A stretch of DNA of 64,000 nucleotides from a bacterium (GCA_030431855.1 JAUIII010000001.1:25089-89088), one strand, 5' to 3'. Positions 45,952 through 56,491 are shown, numbered from the stretch's first letter. The notes: a model not told the origin generated them from the sequence alone. Numbers and translations: made by a program.

Positions 45952-48582
45952 ATGGCTGCACGGTTGAACAGGCAACAAGTTCTGACGAAAATTTTTGGTG
46001 ACCCACAGAAGCGAATCGTGAGGGGTCTTGAGAAAAAAGTAAAATTAATAAACGCGCTTGAAGACAAGTACAAAAAGATGAAAAAGACCGACCTGCCAAA
46101 GCAGACGGCCGTTTTGAAAAAGAAGCTTGAAAGAAAAGGTACGACCCTTGATGATATCCTTCCCGACGCATTCGCTTTGGTACGTGAAGCCAGCGACCGT
46201 GTGCTGGGAATGCGACATTTCGACGTGCAGTTGATCGGCGGCATGGCACTACATGATGGTAACGTGGCTGAAATGAAAACAGGTGAGGGTAAAACACTAA
46301 TGTCGACACTACCAGTATATCTAAATGCTCTTGAAGACAAGGGTGTGCATGTTGTGACAGTCAACGACTATCTGGCTCAGCGTGACGCTGGCTGGAATGG
46401 AGAACTATATGATTTCTTGGGGTTGAGTACTGGTGTGATTATCAATGACGCTAGTTTCCTATACGACAAAGATTATGACAACGAAGCACACACCGATTCT
46501 CGTATGCGTAAGCTACGCCCGTGTACCCGAAAGGAAGCGTACGCCGCAGATATAACCTACGGTACTAACAATGAATTCGGTTTTGACTACCTCCGTGACA
46601 ACATGGTTGATGATGTCGAGCTACTGCGTCAGCGTGAACTGAACTTCGCTATCGTTGACGAGGTAGACTCAATTCTCATTGACGAAGCGCGTACGCCGCT
46701 GATTATTTCGGCCCCTGCAGCAGAGAATCCAGAAAGTTACTATCAGTTTGCCAAAGTCGCTGCGAAACTTACAGAAGAAGACTACATTCTAGACGAAAAG
46801 CGCCGCAGTGTTGCCCTGAGCGACAAGGGTGTTGAAAAAGTACAAAAAATGTTGGGTATAAAAAACTTGTTCACACCAGAATATGTACGAACTGTCTATC
46901 ACATGGATCAAGCGTTGAAAGCGCAAACTATCTTCAAACGCGACAAAGACTACGTAGTAACAAACCAAGGTGAAGTCGTGATCGTCGACGAACACACTGG
47001 TCGTTTGATGCAAGGTCGCCGTTACAACGAAGGCTTGCACCAAGCAATTGAGGCCAAAGAGAACGTCCAGGTACTTGAAGAGAGTATGACGCTCGCAACT
47101 GTCTCGTTCCAGAACTATTTCCGTTTGTACAATAAATTATCTGGCATGACTGGTACCGCGTTTACAGAAGCAGAAGAGTTCCAACAGATTTACAGTCTCG
47201 ATGTTGTACAGATTCCACCTAATCGCCCCATCATTCGCGAAGACAAAGAAGATTTGATTTTCAAGACCGAAAAAGGCAAACTAAAAGCCGTCGCTGAGGT
47301 GATAAAAGAACATCACAAAGCAGGACGGCCAGTGCTGGTTGGGTCAGCGAGTATCGCCAAGAACGAACTGATAGCCAGTTGGCTCGACAAAGAGAAGATT
47401 CCATATGAAATCTTGAACGCTAAAAACAACGAACGTGAAGCAGCCATTATAGAAAAAGCCGGAGAAAAAGGTGCGATTACATTGGCAACCAACATTGCCG
47501 GCCGCGGTACGGACATCAAGCTGGGCAAGGGCGTGAAGGAATTAGGCGGTTTAGTTGTGATTGGTTCTGAACGTCATGAATCTCGTCGTATCGACAACCA
47601 GCTACGTGGACGAGGCGGACGTCAGGGTGACCCTGGTGAAACGCAGTTCTTCGTATCCACCGAAGATGACTTGATGCGTATTTTCCAGGGCGAGCGAATT
47701 GCTGGACTGATGGATCGTCTGGGTGTTGATGAAGAGACGCCAATCCAAAACCGCGCCGTTTCAAAAACACTCGAAGCTGCTCAGAAACGTGTGGAAGGCT
47801 ACAACTTCGACACTCGTAAAAATGTTGTTCAGTATGACAACGTGATTAACCGTCACCGACGTGTTGTGTACATGATGCGCCGCAAGATTCTTGAAGGCGA
47901 CGATATGAAGTACGAGATTGAACGCTTACTTACCGAAAAGGTGCGTGAGCTGACGCTACTGCCAGCGAAAAATAACCCGAAATTTTACGATGAATTTGAA
48001 GCCGTTTTTCCGGTAGAACGCAAGAAACTCGAGAAAATTGGCAACGAAAAGAAAGACAAAGCTCGGTTTGAAGCAGCTAAAAAGCTGGCGGACGATTTGT
48101 ATGCAGATAAAGAGAAAGAAATTGAAACAGAGATGCTGCGTAAGGTAGAGCGCGATGTGTATCTGCAAGTACTCGATACGTTATGGATGCAGCACCTCGA
48201 GAATATGCAACACCTAAGGGATGGTATCCACTGGCGAAGTGTTGGTCAGCGCGACCCGCTAGTTGAGTACCGATCAGAGTCGCAAAAACTCTTTGACGGT
48301 TTGCAACAAACCCTACGCGATGAAGTGCTCCGTGCCGTCATGCATGTTCACAAACACGACGCTATTACAGCCGAAGAAGAGCACCACGATACCGAACTCA
48401 CTCGTTTAGCGGAGGGTTCAGTGGAGCGTGGCGTGAATGAACTCGGCTTGGGTGAGGTAAACCGTGACGATGACTTCAAAGTTACCAAGCTCAAGAGTAG
48501 TTCTGATGCTAACCGCGTGAAAAACGCAGCTCGCAAAAAGAAGAAAGCCCAGCGGCAGAACCGTAAAAAAGGTCGCAAGTAG
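45952..48582 (+). CDS. secA: Preprotein translocase ATPase SecA (basic C-terminal tail, no Cys-rich zinc finger)
   Basis: MRHFDVQLIGGMALHDGNVAEMKTGEGKTL, DEVDSILIDEARTPLIIS and TNMAGRGTDI-type (TNIAGRGTDIKLG) motifs. Confidence 0.95.
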   Translation: MAARLNRQQVLTKIFGDPQKRIVRGLEKKVKLINALEDKYKKMKKTDLPKQTAVLKKKLERKGTTLDDILPDAFALVREASDRVLGMRHFDVQLIGGMALHDGNVAEMKTGEGKTLMSTLPVYLNALEDKGVHVVTVNDYLAQRDAGWNGELYDFLGLSTGVIINDASFLYDKDYDNEAHTDSRMRKLRPCTRKEAYAADITYGTNNEFGFDYLRDNMVDDVELLRQRELNFAIVDEVDSILIDEARTPLIISAPAAENPESYYQFAKVAAKLTEEDYILDEKRRSVALSDKGVEKVQKMLGIKNLFTPEYVRTVYHMDQALKAQTIFKRDKDYVVTNQGEVVIVDEHTGRLMQGRRYNEGLHQAIEAKENVQVLEESMTLATVSFQNYFRLYNKLSGMTGTAFTEAEEFQQIYSLDVVQIPPNRPIIREDKEDLIFKTEKGKLKAVAEVIKEHHKAGRPVLVGSASIAKNELIASWLDKEKIPYEILNAKNNEREAAIIEKAGEKGAITLATNIAGRGTDIKLGKGVKELGGLVVIGSERHESRRIDNQLRGRGGRQGDPGETQFFVSTEDDLMRIFQGERIAGLMDRLGVDEETPIQNRAVSKTLEAAQKRVEGYNFDTRKNVVQYDNVINRHRRVVYMMRRKILEGDDMKYEIERLLTEKVRELTLLPAKNNPKFYDEFEAVFPVERKKLEKIGNEKKDKARFEAAKKLADDLYADKEKEIETEMLRKVERDVYLQVLDTLWMQHLENMQHLRDGIHWRSVGQRDPLVEYRSESQKLFDGLQQTLRDEVLRAVMHVHKHDAITAEEEHHDTELTRLAEGSVERGVNELGLGEVNRDDDFKVTKLKSSSDANRVKNAARKKKKAQRQNRKKGRK

Positions 48583-48601
48583 CTAGGCTCGGGCACACCA
48601 C

Positions 48602-49888
48602 ATGAATCACACCGTACAAGAAGTAAAACTGAAAAACGGCGCGAGCGGACTTCTTATTAATGTTCCTGGCGCGACGGTAATGAGTTTTCAATTCCAATTT
48701 CGCGCAGGTAATCGCTATGTCAAACACAAGGACATCTACGAAACTGCACACATCATGGAACACATGGCGTTTGGCGCGAATGCTGGTTATAAAAGTGAAC
48801 ATGAATATGAGGCAGAGTTTACGAAAAACGGTGCCTACCACAATGCGTATACCAGCGATCTTTCTATGGTGTACGTAGCGGATTGCGCCGACTTCGAATG
48901 GGAGCGGATTCTAAAACTTCAGCAGCTAGCTATTTGTCAGCCTCGGTTCAACGAAGAAGAGCTTGAAGCAGAGAAGGGTAATGTAAAAAGCGAACTAACC
49001 GGCTTTTTAAACAATCACAATCGTGTGCTGTGGCCGAAGATTCAACAGCTTTTAGGCGAAGATACTCTTACATTCTGGCAGCGCCTACAAACGATTCACA
49101 ACGTCACTTTAGCTGATATAAAAGAACACTATCGTCGCACGCATACCGCGCACAACATGCGCTTTGTTATATCAGGTAAGCTACACGGAAGACGCAGCGA
49201 GATTATTCGTCAGCTAGAAAGCTGGGAACTAAAACCCGGCGAACGATTTAGTGTCCCGCGTGACAATCTTTCAAGCGCTAATCCAACGTTGATTCGTCGT
49301 AAAGAGGCGAGCAACCTAACGTTCGGTCTGAGCCTTATGGTGCCACGCGAAATTAGCGACGAAGAAAGCGACGCGATGGATGCGCTGGATCATATTCTGA
49401 CAGGCACCATGCACTCGCGCATTTACGGTGCTGCCAGACAAAAGGGCTTGGCGTATCATGTGTTTTCGGATACATCAGCAGGCTTCCATGATAGTAGTTG
49501 GGACTTCGGTGGCCAGGTCAATCTTGATACCGCGAAGCCACTGTTTGATATCATCGTGCGCGAGATTAAAGCCGTGCTTGACGGTAAAATTACCGAGAAA
49601 GAACTGGATGCAGCGAAAAGCTACGCGTTGGGCAGGCACCAAATGGGTGCGCAAACGGTCGCACAGATTAGCAATTTTTACACCAACCGTTATTTCGCCG
49701 ATGGCGTAGTGAAAGACTACAATCGTGCGCCACAAGACATCATGAAAATTACACGCGATCTCATGAAGACGACCGCAGAAAGCTTTATTGCGCATAACAC
49801 CTGGGTACTCGCCGGTGTTTCTAGTGGCGAAAAAGAGCACATCGTTGATTTATCAGAAAAACTCGAACCATTGTTTCAGGGGAAATAA
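48602..49888 (+). CDS. M16-family (pitrilysin/insulinase-like) zinc peptidase
   Basis: Inverted zinc motif HxxEH in HIMEHMAF. The length fits a two-domain M16 protein. Confidence 0.8.
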   Translation: MNHTVQEVKLKNGASGLLINVPGATVMSFQFQFRAGNRYVKHKDIYETAHIMEHMAFGANAGYKSEHEYEAEFTKNGAYHNAYTSDLSMVYVADCADFEWERILKLQQLAICQPRFNEEELEAEKGNVKSELTGFLNNHNRVLWPKIQQLLGEDTLTFWQRLQTIHNVTLADIKEHYRRTHTAHNMRFVISGKLHGRRSEIIRQLESWELKPGERFSVPRDNLSSANPTLIRRKEASNLTFGLSLMVPREISDEESDAMDALDHILTGTMHSRIYGAARQKGLAYHVFSDTSAGFHDSSWDFGGQVNLDTAKPLFDIIVREIKAVLDGKITEKELDAAKSYALGRHQMGAQTVAQISNFYTNRYFADGVVKDYNRAPQDIMKITRDLMKTTAESFIAHNTWVLAGVSSGEKEHIVDLSEKLEPLFQGK

Positions 49889-49891
49889 CAC

Positions 49892-51190
49892 ATGAAAATC
49901 GCTATCGCAGGGTTTGGGCAAGAAGGCAGAGCGAACTACCAGTACTGGAACACGTCCGAGAACAGTGTCACTATTGTCGATGAGCGTGAAGAGCTTGATG
50001 CCCTGACAGAGGGTGCCGCAACCATTTTAGGTGATGGAGCTTTTTCAAAACTAGCGGATTTTGACATGGTGGTGCGTACGGCTAGTTTACGACCGGACAA
50101 GATCGTGACAAATGGTAAAGTATGGAGTTCAATCAATGAATTCTTCGACAAATGTCCTGCTCCAATCATCGGCGTGACTGGTACCAAGGGCAAGGGCACT
50201 ACCTGCAGTTTAATTACGAGTATTCTGCGTGCCGCAGGTAGAACCGCACATCTCGTTGGAAACATTGGTGTGCCAGCGCTGGGTGAACTCGAAAAGATTG
50301 AACCCAGTGATATTGTGGTATTCGAGCTCAGTAGTTTCCAGCTGTGGGATATTCAAAAGTCGCCACAAACAGCGGTTATATTAAAAATCGAGCAAGACCA
50401 TATGGATGTACATCATGGCATCGATGAATACATTACCGCTAAGGCGCAGATTGCGCGGTTTATGACTGCTGACGAGACAGTGTATTACCATCCGACTTTC
50501 GCGTACTCTCGTCAAGCCGCCACAATGTACAACAAGGCGATAGCGAAACGATATGGCGTCAAAGACGAAGGTGTGGCGTATGTAGAAGATGGCTGGTTCA
50601 TGAAGGCTGATGAACGCATTTGTGAAACAAGTGTGATGCAGATACCTGGTGAACACAATGTTGAGAATGCCTGCGCGGCCATTTCCGCTGCATACAAATA
50701 TACGCAAAGTCACGATGCAATAAAGCAAGGCTTGGTTAGCTTTACTGGCTTGCCACACCGCTTGAAATTCATTCGTGAAGTAGGTGGGGTACAATACTTC
50801 GATGACAGTTATTCATCTGCACCGTCTGCTGCCATCGCGGCGATACGCGCCCATAAAGAACCCCAGGTCTTGCTACTAGGCGGCTACGACAAGGGCGCAT
50901 CATTTGAAGAACTTGCCGCAGAGATCATGAAAAGTACCGTAAAGCACGTTGTGATTTATGGTCAGACAAAACAGGCAATACGTGATGCATTAGTAGGCGC
51001 AGGATTAACCGATGAGACGAGCTTCACAATGCTAGACACGACAAACTTTGAAGAAATCGTGCAGTGCGCCAGTAATAAAGCCAGTGCGGGCGATGTTGTG
51101 GTGCTGAGCCCGGCATGTGCCAGCTTTGATATGTTCAAAAACTTTACTCAGCGTGGCGAGCAGTTCATTGCAATCGTAAACAGTTTATGA
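49892..51190 (+). CDS. murD: Mur ligase of the MurD type (UDP-N-acetylmuramoyl-L-alanine--glutamate ligase), possibly a MurD2-like variant
   Basis: P-loop GVTGTKGKGTT and Mur ligase middle and C-terminal domains. The N-terminal dinucleotide-fold motif reads IAGFGQEG rather than the common GLGxSG. Confidence 0.85.
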   Translation: MKIAIAGFGQEGRANYQYWNTSENSVTIVDEREELDALTEGAATILGDGAFSKLADFDMVVRTASLRPDKIVTNGKVWSSINEFFDKCPAPIIGVTGTKGKGTTCSLITSILRAAGRTAHLVGNIGVPALGELEKIEPSDIVVFELSSFQLWDIQKSPQTAVILKIEQDHMDVHHGIDEYITAKAQIARFMTADETVYYHPTFAYSRQAATMYNKAIAKRYGVKDEGVAYVEDGWFMKADERICETSVMQIPGEHNVENACAAISAAYKYTQSHDAIKQGLVSFTGLPHRLKFIREVGGVQYFDDSYSSAPSAAIAAIRAHKEPQVLLLGGYDKGASFEELAAEIMKSTVKHVVIYGQTKQAIRDALVGAGLTDETSFTMLDTTNFEEIVQCASNKASAGDVVVLSPACASFDMFKNFTQRGEQFIAIVNSL

Positions 51191-52470
51191 GCTACCAGTC
51201 ACCATACCAAACATTTGTTTTCGAGCGGTACGATTTCGACACCGACTCAAATACTGCAACCTTCCACTATAGCTTTGATGAGACCATTCACTTTTCAGAG
51301 CGGGTGCATTTTGTGCGAGCGAACGACTACGACGTGGCAGCACTCGATAGGGCGCTACAACTCTCATTCGTGCTTGCTGGCGTATCATATTACAAAGCAT
51401 TTCCTACAAAGAAAGTTGTACTAAAAACCATCGAATTAGATGCAGAGCAAGCAGCGTTTTTCACGGCTGTGTATCAAAGTGGCCTGAGTCAGTTCGTGTA
51501 TGAAAACAACATAGACCCCGCTGATATTGCGCGTTTCGAGCCAACGACAGAAGGGACGAGCCAGCCAACTAACTACAGTGGTGAAGGTATTATGGCGCTA
51601 CAAAGTGGTGGCAAGGATTCGTTGTTGATGGCAGAGTTGCTGGCGAAAAAGGGCGTAGACTTTACTCCGTGGTATATTTCGCAAGTCGATACCATACCCG
51701 CAGTACTGCAGATATTCCAACATCCACTACGACACGCGAAGCGTGACATCGATATCGCAGCACTTACCAGCGCCAAGCAAAACGGCGGGCTGAACGGCCA
51801 TGTGCCGATAACGTTCATCGTACTCAGTTTTGCGCTGATTGATGCCATATTGCTGGGCAAAAGCACGATACTGATGGGCATTGGGCATGAAGGCGAGGAG
51901 CCGCATGCAATGATAGGCGACTACCCCGTAACGCACCAATGGTCAAAGACATGGCGGGCAGAGCAATTGTTTCAGGAATATGTGCAATCGAACATTAGCC
52001 CGGCGCTACGCGTCGGCTCGCCACTACGTGGTTACAGTGAGCTAAAAATTGCTCGATTATTCGTAGAACATGCCTGGGAAAAATATGGCCACTCGTTCTC
52101 ATCATGTAACGTTGCGAACTATCGGCAAGGTCATGATAATAGCCAGCTATCGTGGTGTGGCGATTGCCCCAAATGCGCCAACAGCTATCTGCTATTCGCA
52201 GCTTTTGTTGAGCCGAGTGAACTGTATCGTCTGTTTGGTGGCAATTTGTTTGAAAAACAGTCGCTCCAGGCTGATTTCAAAGGCTTATTAGGAGTCGACG
52301 GTGCCATGAAGCCATTTGAATGCGTGGGAGAAGTCGACGAGCTGCGAAAAGCCTACGAACTAGCGCTTGCTCGTGGCTATGCGCCATTGGCGTTTGCTGT
52401 AGAAAAAAGTAACTTCAACATAGACACCGTATACGATGCTCAGGACTGGGCAGTACAAATGATACAATAG
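51187..52470 (+). CDS. PP-loop (SGGKDS) ATP pyrophosphatase-family protein translationally coupled to murD; candidate MurL-like epimerase
   Basis: ALQSGGKDSLL PP-loop and a WCGDCPKC cysteine motif. ATGA overlap with the murD stop. Confidence 0.65.
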   Translation: MSYQSPYQTFVFERYDFDTDSNTATFHYSFDETIHFSERVHFVRANDYDVAALDRALQLSFVLAGVSYYKAFPTKKVVLKTIELDAEQAAFFTAVYQSGLSQFVYENNIDPADIARFEPTTEGTSQPTNYSGEGIMALQSGGKDSLLMAELLAKKGVDFTPWYISQVDTIPAVLQIFQHPLRHAKRDIDIAALTSAKQNGGLNGHVPITFIVLSFALIDAILLGKSTILMGIGHEGEEPHAMIGDYPVTHQWSKTWRAEQLFQEYVQSNISPALRVGSPLRGYSELKIARLFVEHAWEKYGHSFSSCNVANYRQGHDNSQLSWCGDCPKCANSYLLFAAFVEPSELYRLFGGNLFEKQSLQADFKGLLGVDGAMKPFECVGEVDELRKAYELALARGYAPLAFAVEKSNFNIDTVYDAQDWAVQMIQ

Positions 52471-52475
52471 TATCA

Positions 52476-53555
52476 ATGCAACCCCTGAAGAAAAAAGTCG
52501 AACAGCTGCTAGCTGACGTGCGTTCCGCAATGGAACGGCTCGATGTTGTGGGGAAAAAGCAACAGCTTGAAATGTTGGATAGTGAATTAGCCGTTCCGGA
52601 AATTTGGAATAATCCTGGCCATGCGCAAGATGTAAGCAAAAAGGCAGCTGCCGTGCGAGCACAACTTGAGCCATGGGAGACGCTTGCCGCGCAGCTCGGA
52701 GACATTGATGAACTGATGGAACTCGGTGACGATTCAATGTTGGGTGAATTTGAGGCGCAGGTGGCGGCATTTGAAACGCAGTATACGGACCTAAAAAAAG
52801 AACTATTATTTAACGGTGAGTTTGACGACCATAATGCAATTGTGCGTATAACCTCAGGCGTAGGTGGTACCGACGCGCAAGATTGGGCAGAAATGCTGGA
52901 GCGCATGTATCTACGTTGGGCAGAGAAAGCTGGCTTAGAAACCAAGCAGCTTGAACGCAGTACAGGCGAAGAAGCAGGCATTAAGACCAGCGTGCTAGAA
53001 GTAAATGGTAGCTATGCGTACGGAAAATTACGGAGTGAACACGGCGTGCATCGCCTAGTGCGCCTGAGCCCGTTCAATAGCGACAGCTTACGGCAAACCA
53101 GTTTTGCGCTAGTAGAAGTGTTGCCACAAATTGATGCACCCGAAGAAGTCGAGATTGATGATAAAGACCTCAAGGTGGATGTATATCGTGCGGGTGGTCA
53201 TGGTGGTCAAAGTGTGAACACTACCGATAGCGCTGTACGCGTCACTCATCTGCCCACCAATATTGTCGTAGCAATTCAGAACGAACGGAGCCAGCTACAA
53301 AACAAAGAAACCGCCATGAAGATTCTTCGCTCGAAATTGGCGCAGCTAAAGCTTGAGCAGCACGCCGAAAAGCTGAGTGATTTACAGGCGGGCGAGAGCG
53401 CCAACTGGGGCAGCCAGATACGGAACTACGTATTGCACCCGTACACATTAGTGAAAGATACACGCACAAAGTATGAAGACAAGGATACCAAGAGCGTACT
53501 TGATGGCAAGCTGGATGACTTTATGGCGAGCTACCTAGAAAACACTAGTGCATAA
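52476..53555 (+). CDS. prfB: Peptide chain release factor 2 (uninterrupted, no programmed frameshift)
   Basis: SPF tripeptide (RLSPFNS) and GGQ motif. A single continuous ORF. TGaTACAAT lies 7 nt upstream of the ATG. Confidence 0.95.
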   Translation: MQPLKKKVEQLLADVRSAMERLDVVGKKQQLEMLDSELAVPEIWNNPGHAQDVSKKAAAVRAQLEPWETLAAQLGDIDELMELGDDSMLGEFEAQVAAFETQYTDLKKELLFNGEFDDHNAIVRITSGVGGTDAQDWAEMLERMYLRWAEKAGLETKQLERSTGEEAGIKTSVLEVNGSYAYGKLRSEHGVHRLVRLSPFNSDSLRQTSFALVEVLPQIDAPEEVEIDDKDLKVDVYRAGGHGGQSVNTTDSAVRVTHLPTNIVVAIQNERSQLQNKETAMKILRSKLAQLKLEQHAEKLSDLQAGESANWGSQIRNYVLHPYTLVKDTRTKYEDKDTKSVLDGKLDDFMASYLENTSA

Positions 53556-53582
53556 GCGGTTTATGCTATAATAAGTCTAGTA

Positions 53583-54278
53583 ATGATACTGCTAGATAGG
53601 GTCACGAAAACGTATGGTAGAACCACAAAACCGGCACTCAGCCGGATTAGTTTGCATGTGAAGCCGCGAGAGTTCGTGATACTGGTAGGTACCTCTGGAG
53701 CGGGCAAGTCGACACTGCTGAAGCTTCTGACCCGCGAAGAAAAGCCGACTAGCGGTAAAATTGTTGTAGGTGGTATAGATTACGACAGTCTAAAAGACAA
53801 GCATATCCCATTGCTGCGCCGCAAAATCGGCGTAGTCTTCCAGGATTTCAAGCTGCTGCCGCAACGTACGGTGTATGAAAACGTGGCCTTTGCTCTGGAA
53901 ATTGCTGGTATGACAAACCGCGAGATAAAAAGCACGGTGCCGAAAGTGATTGAACTCGTGGGGCTCAGCGGCAAGGAAAAGAATTTCCCTCATGAACTGA
54001 GTGGTGGTGAACGCCAACGCGTGGCGATTGCTCGCGCTGTGGTGCGTCAGCCAAAGATTCTGATCGCAGATGAGCCAACTGGCAACCTTGACCCAAAGCA
54101 CAGCTGGGATATTGTACGTTTGCTTGAAAAAATTAACCACTATGGCACCACTGTGCTGCTAACAACGCACAACGTTGAAATTGTAAACAAGCTAAAGCGC
54201 CGCGTGGTGACGCTAGATCACGGTAAAATTACCAGCGACCAAGCTCAAGGCAGCTACAGGCAAGGGAAGGCCGGCTAA
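53583..54278 (+). CDS. ftsE: Cell division ATP-binding protein FtsE
   Basis: Walker A GTSGAGKST, LSGGERQR and ILIADEPTGNLD. It is followed by ftsX with a TAATG overlap. Confidence 0.9.
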   Translation: MILLDRVTKTYGRTTKPALSRISLHVKPREFVILVGTSGAGKSTLLKLLTREEKPTSGKIVVGGIDYDSLKDKHIPLLRRKIGVVFQDFKLLPQRTVYENVAFALEIAGMTNREIKSTVPKVIELVGLSGKEKNFPHELSGGERQRVAIARAVVRQPKILIADEPTGNLDPKHSWDIVRLLEKINHYGTTVLLTTHNVEIVNKLKRRVVTLDHGKITSDQAQGSYRQGKAG

Positions 54279-55255
54279 TGGCGCGAAAACTCGATGCCAA
54301 AGGCTTTGCCCAGCAAAAAAGAAGTCGCCGTCGCTGGCTGACGTTTATTCGCATGTGCCGCTATGGCATCAACAATTTCAGCCGTAACGCATGGCTTACC
54401 ATCGCCGCGACTGCAGTAATGACCATTACGCTCCTCATTGTGTTCGTGACGCTTGCATCGCGTAGCACGTTGGTCAATTCAATCGAAGAAATTCGCGACA
54501 AAGTCGATATGTCGGTATATCTGAAAACTGAAACGCCAGAGGATACAGTGAACGTGATAGAGGAAGGGCTACGTAGCCTTGGTACCGTGACGCGAGTTGA
54601 TTACATTAGCCCCGAAAAGGCGCGAGAGAACTTCGCACAGAAAAATAGCAGCGACCCAGATACATTGAATGCGCTAAATGAAGCAGTCAATAAATTTCCG
54701 GGCACGCTGCGCATCAAGCTCGTCGATATCAACGATACAGAAGAGCTTGAAAACTTTGTCAAAACAGATGCAACCCTGCAAGAGAACATCGACCCCGATC
54801 GAGAGCCGTCGTTTGCCGGTGAAAGGCGTTCGGCCATTCAAAATATTGCTAAAACCGTTGATTTTGCCGACAAAGTAGGCTTGGGTGCAAGTATTATCTT
54901 TATCACTATATCTTCGCTCATCGTGTTCAATACCATCCGCATGGCTATCTTCAACCGCAAAGATGAAATCGAAATGATGAAGCTGATTGGTGCCGATAAA
55001 AGCTTTATTCGTGGACCGTTTATCGTGGAAGCGGTGGTGTATGGCTTTATTGCCGCGTTGATTGCTACCGGGCTTGGGTTTGCCATGCTGTACTCGGTAA
55101 AAGGCAAGCTGCTAGACTATGGTATCGCGGTGAGTCCTACTATAGACTTTGTTGTGACATACATTGGCCCGGTACTACTTGGCATGATTTTACTTGGTGC
55201 TATAATAGGTGTTGTATCATCACTGTTAGCGACACGTCGCTACCTAAAGATTTAA
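54278..55255 (+). CDS. ftsX: Cell division permease-like protein FtsX
   Basis: TM1, an extracytoplasmic domain and three C-terminal TM helices, immediately after ftsE. Confidence 0.85.
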   Translation: MARKLDAKGFAQQKRSRRRWLTFIRMCRYGINNFSRNAWLTIAATAVMTITLLIVFVTLASRSTLVNSIEEIRDKVDMSVYLKTETPEDTVNVIEEGLRSLGTVTRVDYISPEKARENFAQKNSSDPDTLNALNEAVNKFPGTLRIKLVDINDTEELENFVKTDATLQENIDPDREPSFAGERRSAIQNIAKTVDFADKVGLGASIIFITISSLIVFNTIRMAIFNRKDEIEMMKLIGADKSFIRGPFIVEAVVYGFIAALIATGLGFAMLYSVKGKLLDYGIAVSPTIDFVVTYIGPVLLGMILLGAIIGVVSSLLATRRYLKI

Positions 55256-55267
55256 AACAAAAACGGA

Positions 55268-55297
55268 TTGACAAAACAGTTATGCTTATGCTAAAAT
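55268..55297 (+). promoter_or_regulatory. Sigma70-type promoter (TTGACA-18 nt-TAAAAT, TG-extended)
   Basis: TTGACA at 55268..55273, TG at 55289..55290 and TAAAAT at 55292..55297. The ATG at 55306 lies 8 nt downstream. Confidence 0.55.
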
Positions 55298-55305
55298 ACA
55301 ACTCA

Positions 55306-56469
55306 ATGAAACGACGGTCCACCACACCAGTTTCGACCTCGTTCACTACCAAAGCCGTTTTGGTAGCCGCTTCTGTATTGATGGCTGTATCCGCGCCTAT
55401 GATGGTGGCACGAACAGTCGGTGCTGACAATTTCGATGAAAAGATTGCGGCTGTACAAAAGAAGATTGATGAATACAACGCGCAGGCATCAAAGCTCGCC
55501 GACAAGCGAGAGACGCTTGAGAACCAACTTGCAAAACTAAACAACGAAAAAGCACGTATTCAAGCACAAATTGACCTTTCTGAAGCAAAGGCCAAGAAAC
55601 TTGCCGACCAAATAACGAAGAGCGAGCTACAAATTGCCCAAAACCAAGATGCACTGGGCTCTTTAATGGCCGACATCGCGCTTGATGAAGACGTTTCGAC
55701 CATCGAAATGCTGGCGAGTAGCGACAATATTGGTGATTTCCTCGATAAACAAACCTACCAGGCGACAGTACAGCAAAACCTGACTGACACAATCAAGAAA
55801 ATCAACAAGCTGAAAGATCGTTTGCAGAAGCAAAAGAAAGACGTAGAAGAAATTTTGGCTGGCCAACGACGTGCACGCAGTGCTCTGGCTGCGAAAGAAG
55901 CTGAAAAAGCACAACTTATCTCTCAGACAAAAGGCCAGGAAAGTGCCTTCCAGAAGCTTTCGTCTAAGGCGAAGAAAGAACGCGCTGAGTTGCAGCGCCA
56001 ACAGCAAGCGGCGATTGCTGCGGCCTCTGGTGGAAATGAAATCTACCTCGGTGGTGGTGGCGCTGGTGGCTACCCATGGGGCAGCGGCTGCTACGTCGAC
56101 CAATATCTGTACTCTCATGGTGGGCCAAATGGCGACGGTACTGACCCGCTAGGTTATGCATGTCGACAATGCACCAGCTACGCAGCCTATAAGGTGTTGC
56201 AGCACACTGGTCGCGCCTACCGATGGCTCGGCAACGCCAACATGTGGCCAAACAGCTTCAGCAACAAAGGCTCAACGCCTCGTGCAAACTCTGTTGGTGT
56301 TATCTCAAGCGGTCAATACGGCCACGTAGTATGGATCGACAGTGTTAACGGCGACGGTACGGTAAACATTAGTCAGTACAATTACTACAATGCTGGTGGC
56401 CCAGGATGGGGACACTTTAGCCAAATGAAGGTACCTGCCTCTACCTACGACACTTACATTTACTTCTAG
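55306..56469 (+). CDS. Secreted coiled-coil + CHAP-domain peptidoglycan hydrolase (PcsB-like)
   Basis: Signal peptide, about 200 aa of heptad-rich coiled coil, and a C-terminal CHAP domain (CRQCTSYAAYKV...GHVVWIDSV). Located directly after ftsEX. Confidence 0.8.
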   Translation: MKRRSTTPVSTSFTTKAVLVAASVLMAVSAPMMVARTVGADNFDEKIAAVQKKIDEYNAQASKLADKRETLENQLAKLNNEKARIQAQIDLSEAKAKKLADQITKSELQIAQNQDALGSLMADIALDEDVSTIEMLASSDNIGDFLDKQTYQATVQQNLTDTIKKINKLKDRLQKQKKDVEEILAGQRRARSALAAKEAEKAQLISQTKGQESAFQKLSSKAKKERAELQRQQQAAIAAASGGNEIYLGGGGAGGYPWGSGCYVDQYLYSHGGPNGDGTDPLGYACRQCTSYAAYKVLQHTGRAYRWLGNANMWPNSFSNKGSTPRANSVGVISSGQYGHVVWIDSVNGDGTVNISQYNYYNAGGPGWGHFSQMKVPASTYDTYIYF

Positions 56470-56491
56470 CCTCGGAATAACCTGAAATACT

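Noticed and set aside
52476-52600. Programmed +1 frameshift site (CUU UGA C type) expected early in many prfB genes
   Set aside because: The RF2 frame is continuous from the ATG at 52476 with no in-frame TGA, so this prfB is not frameshift-regulated.
52415-52981. 188-aa minus-strand ORF
   Set aside because: It is antisense to prfB, which has SPF and GGQ motifs. Shadow ORF.
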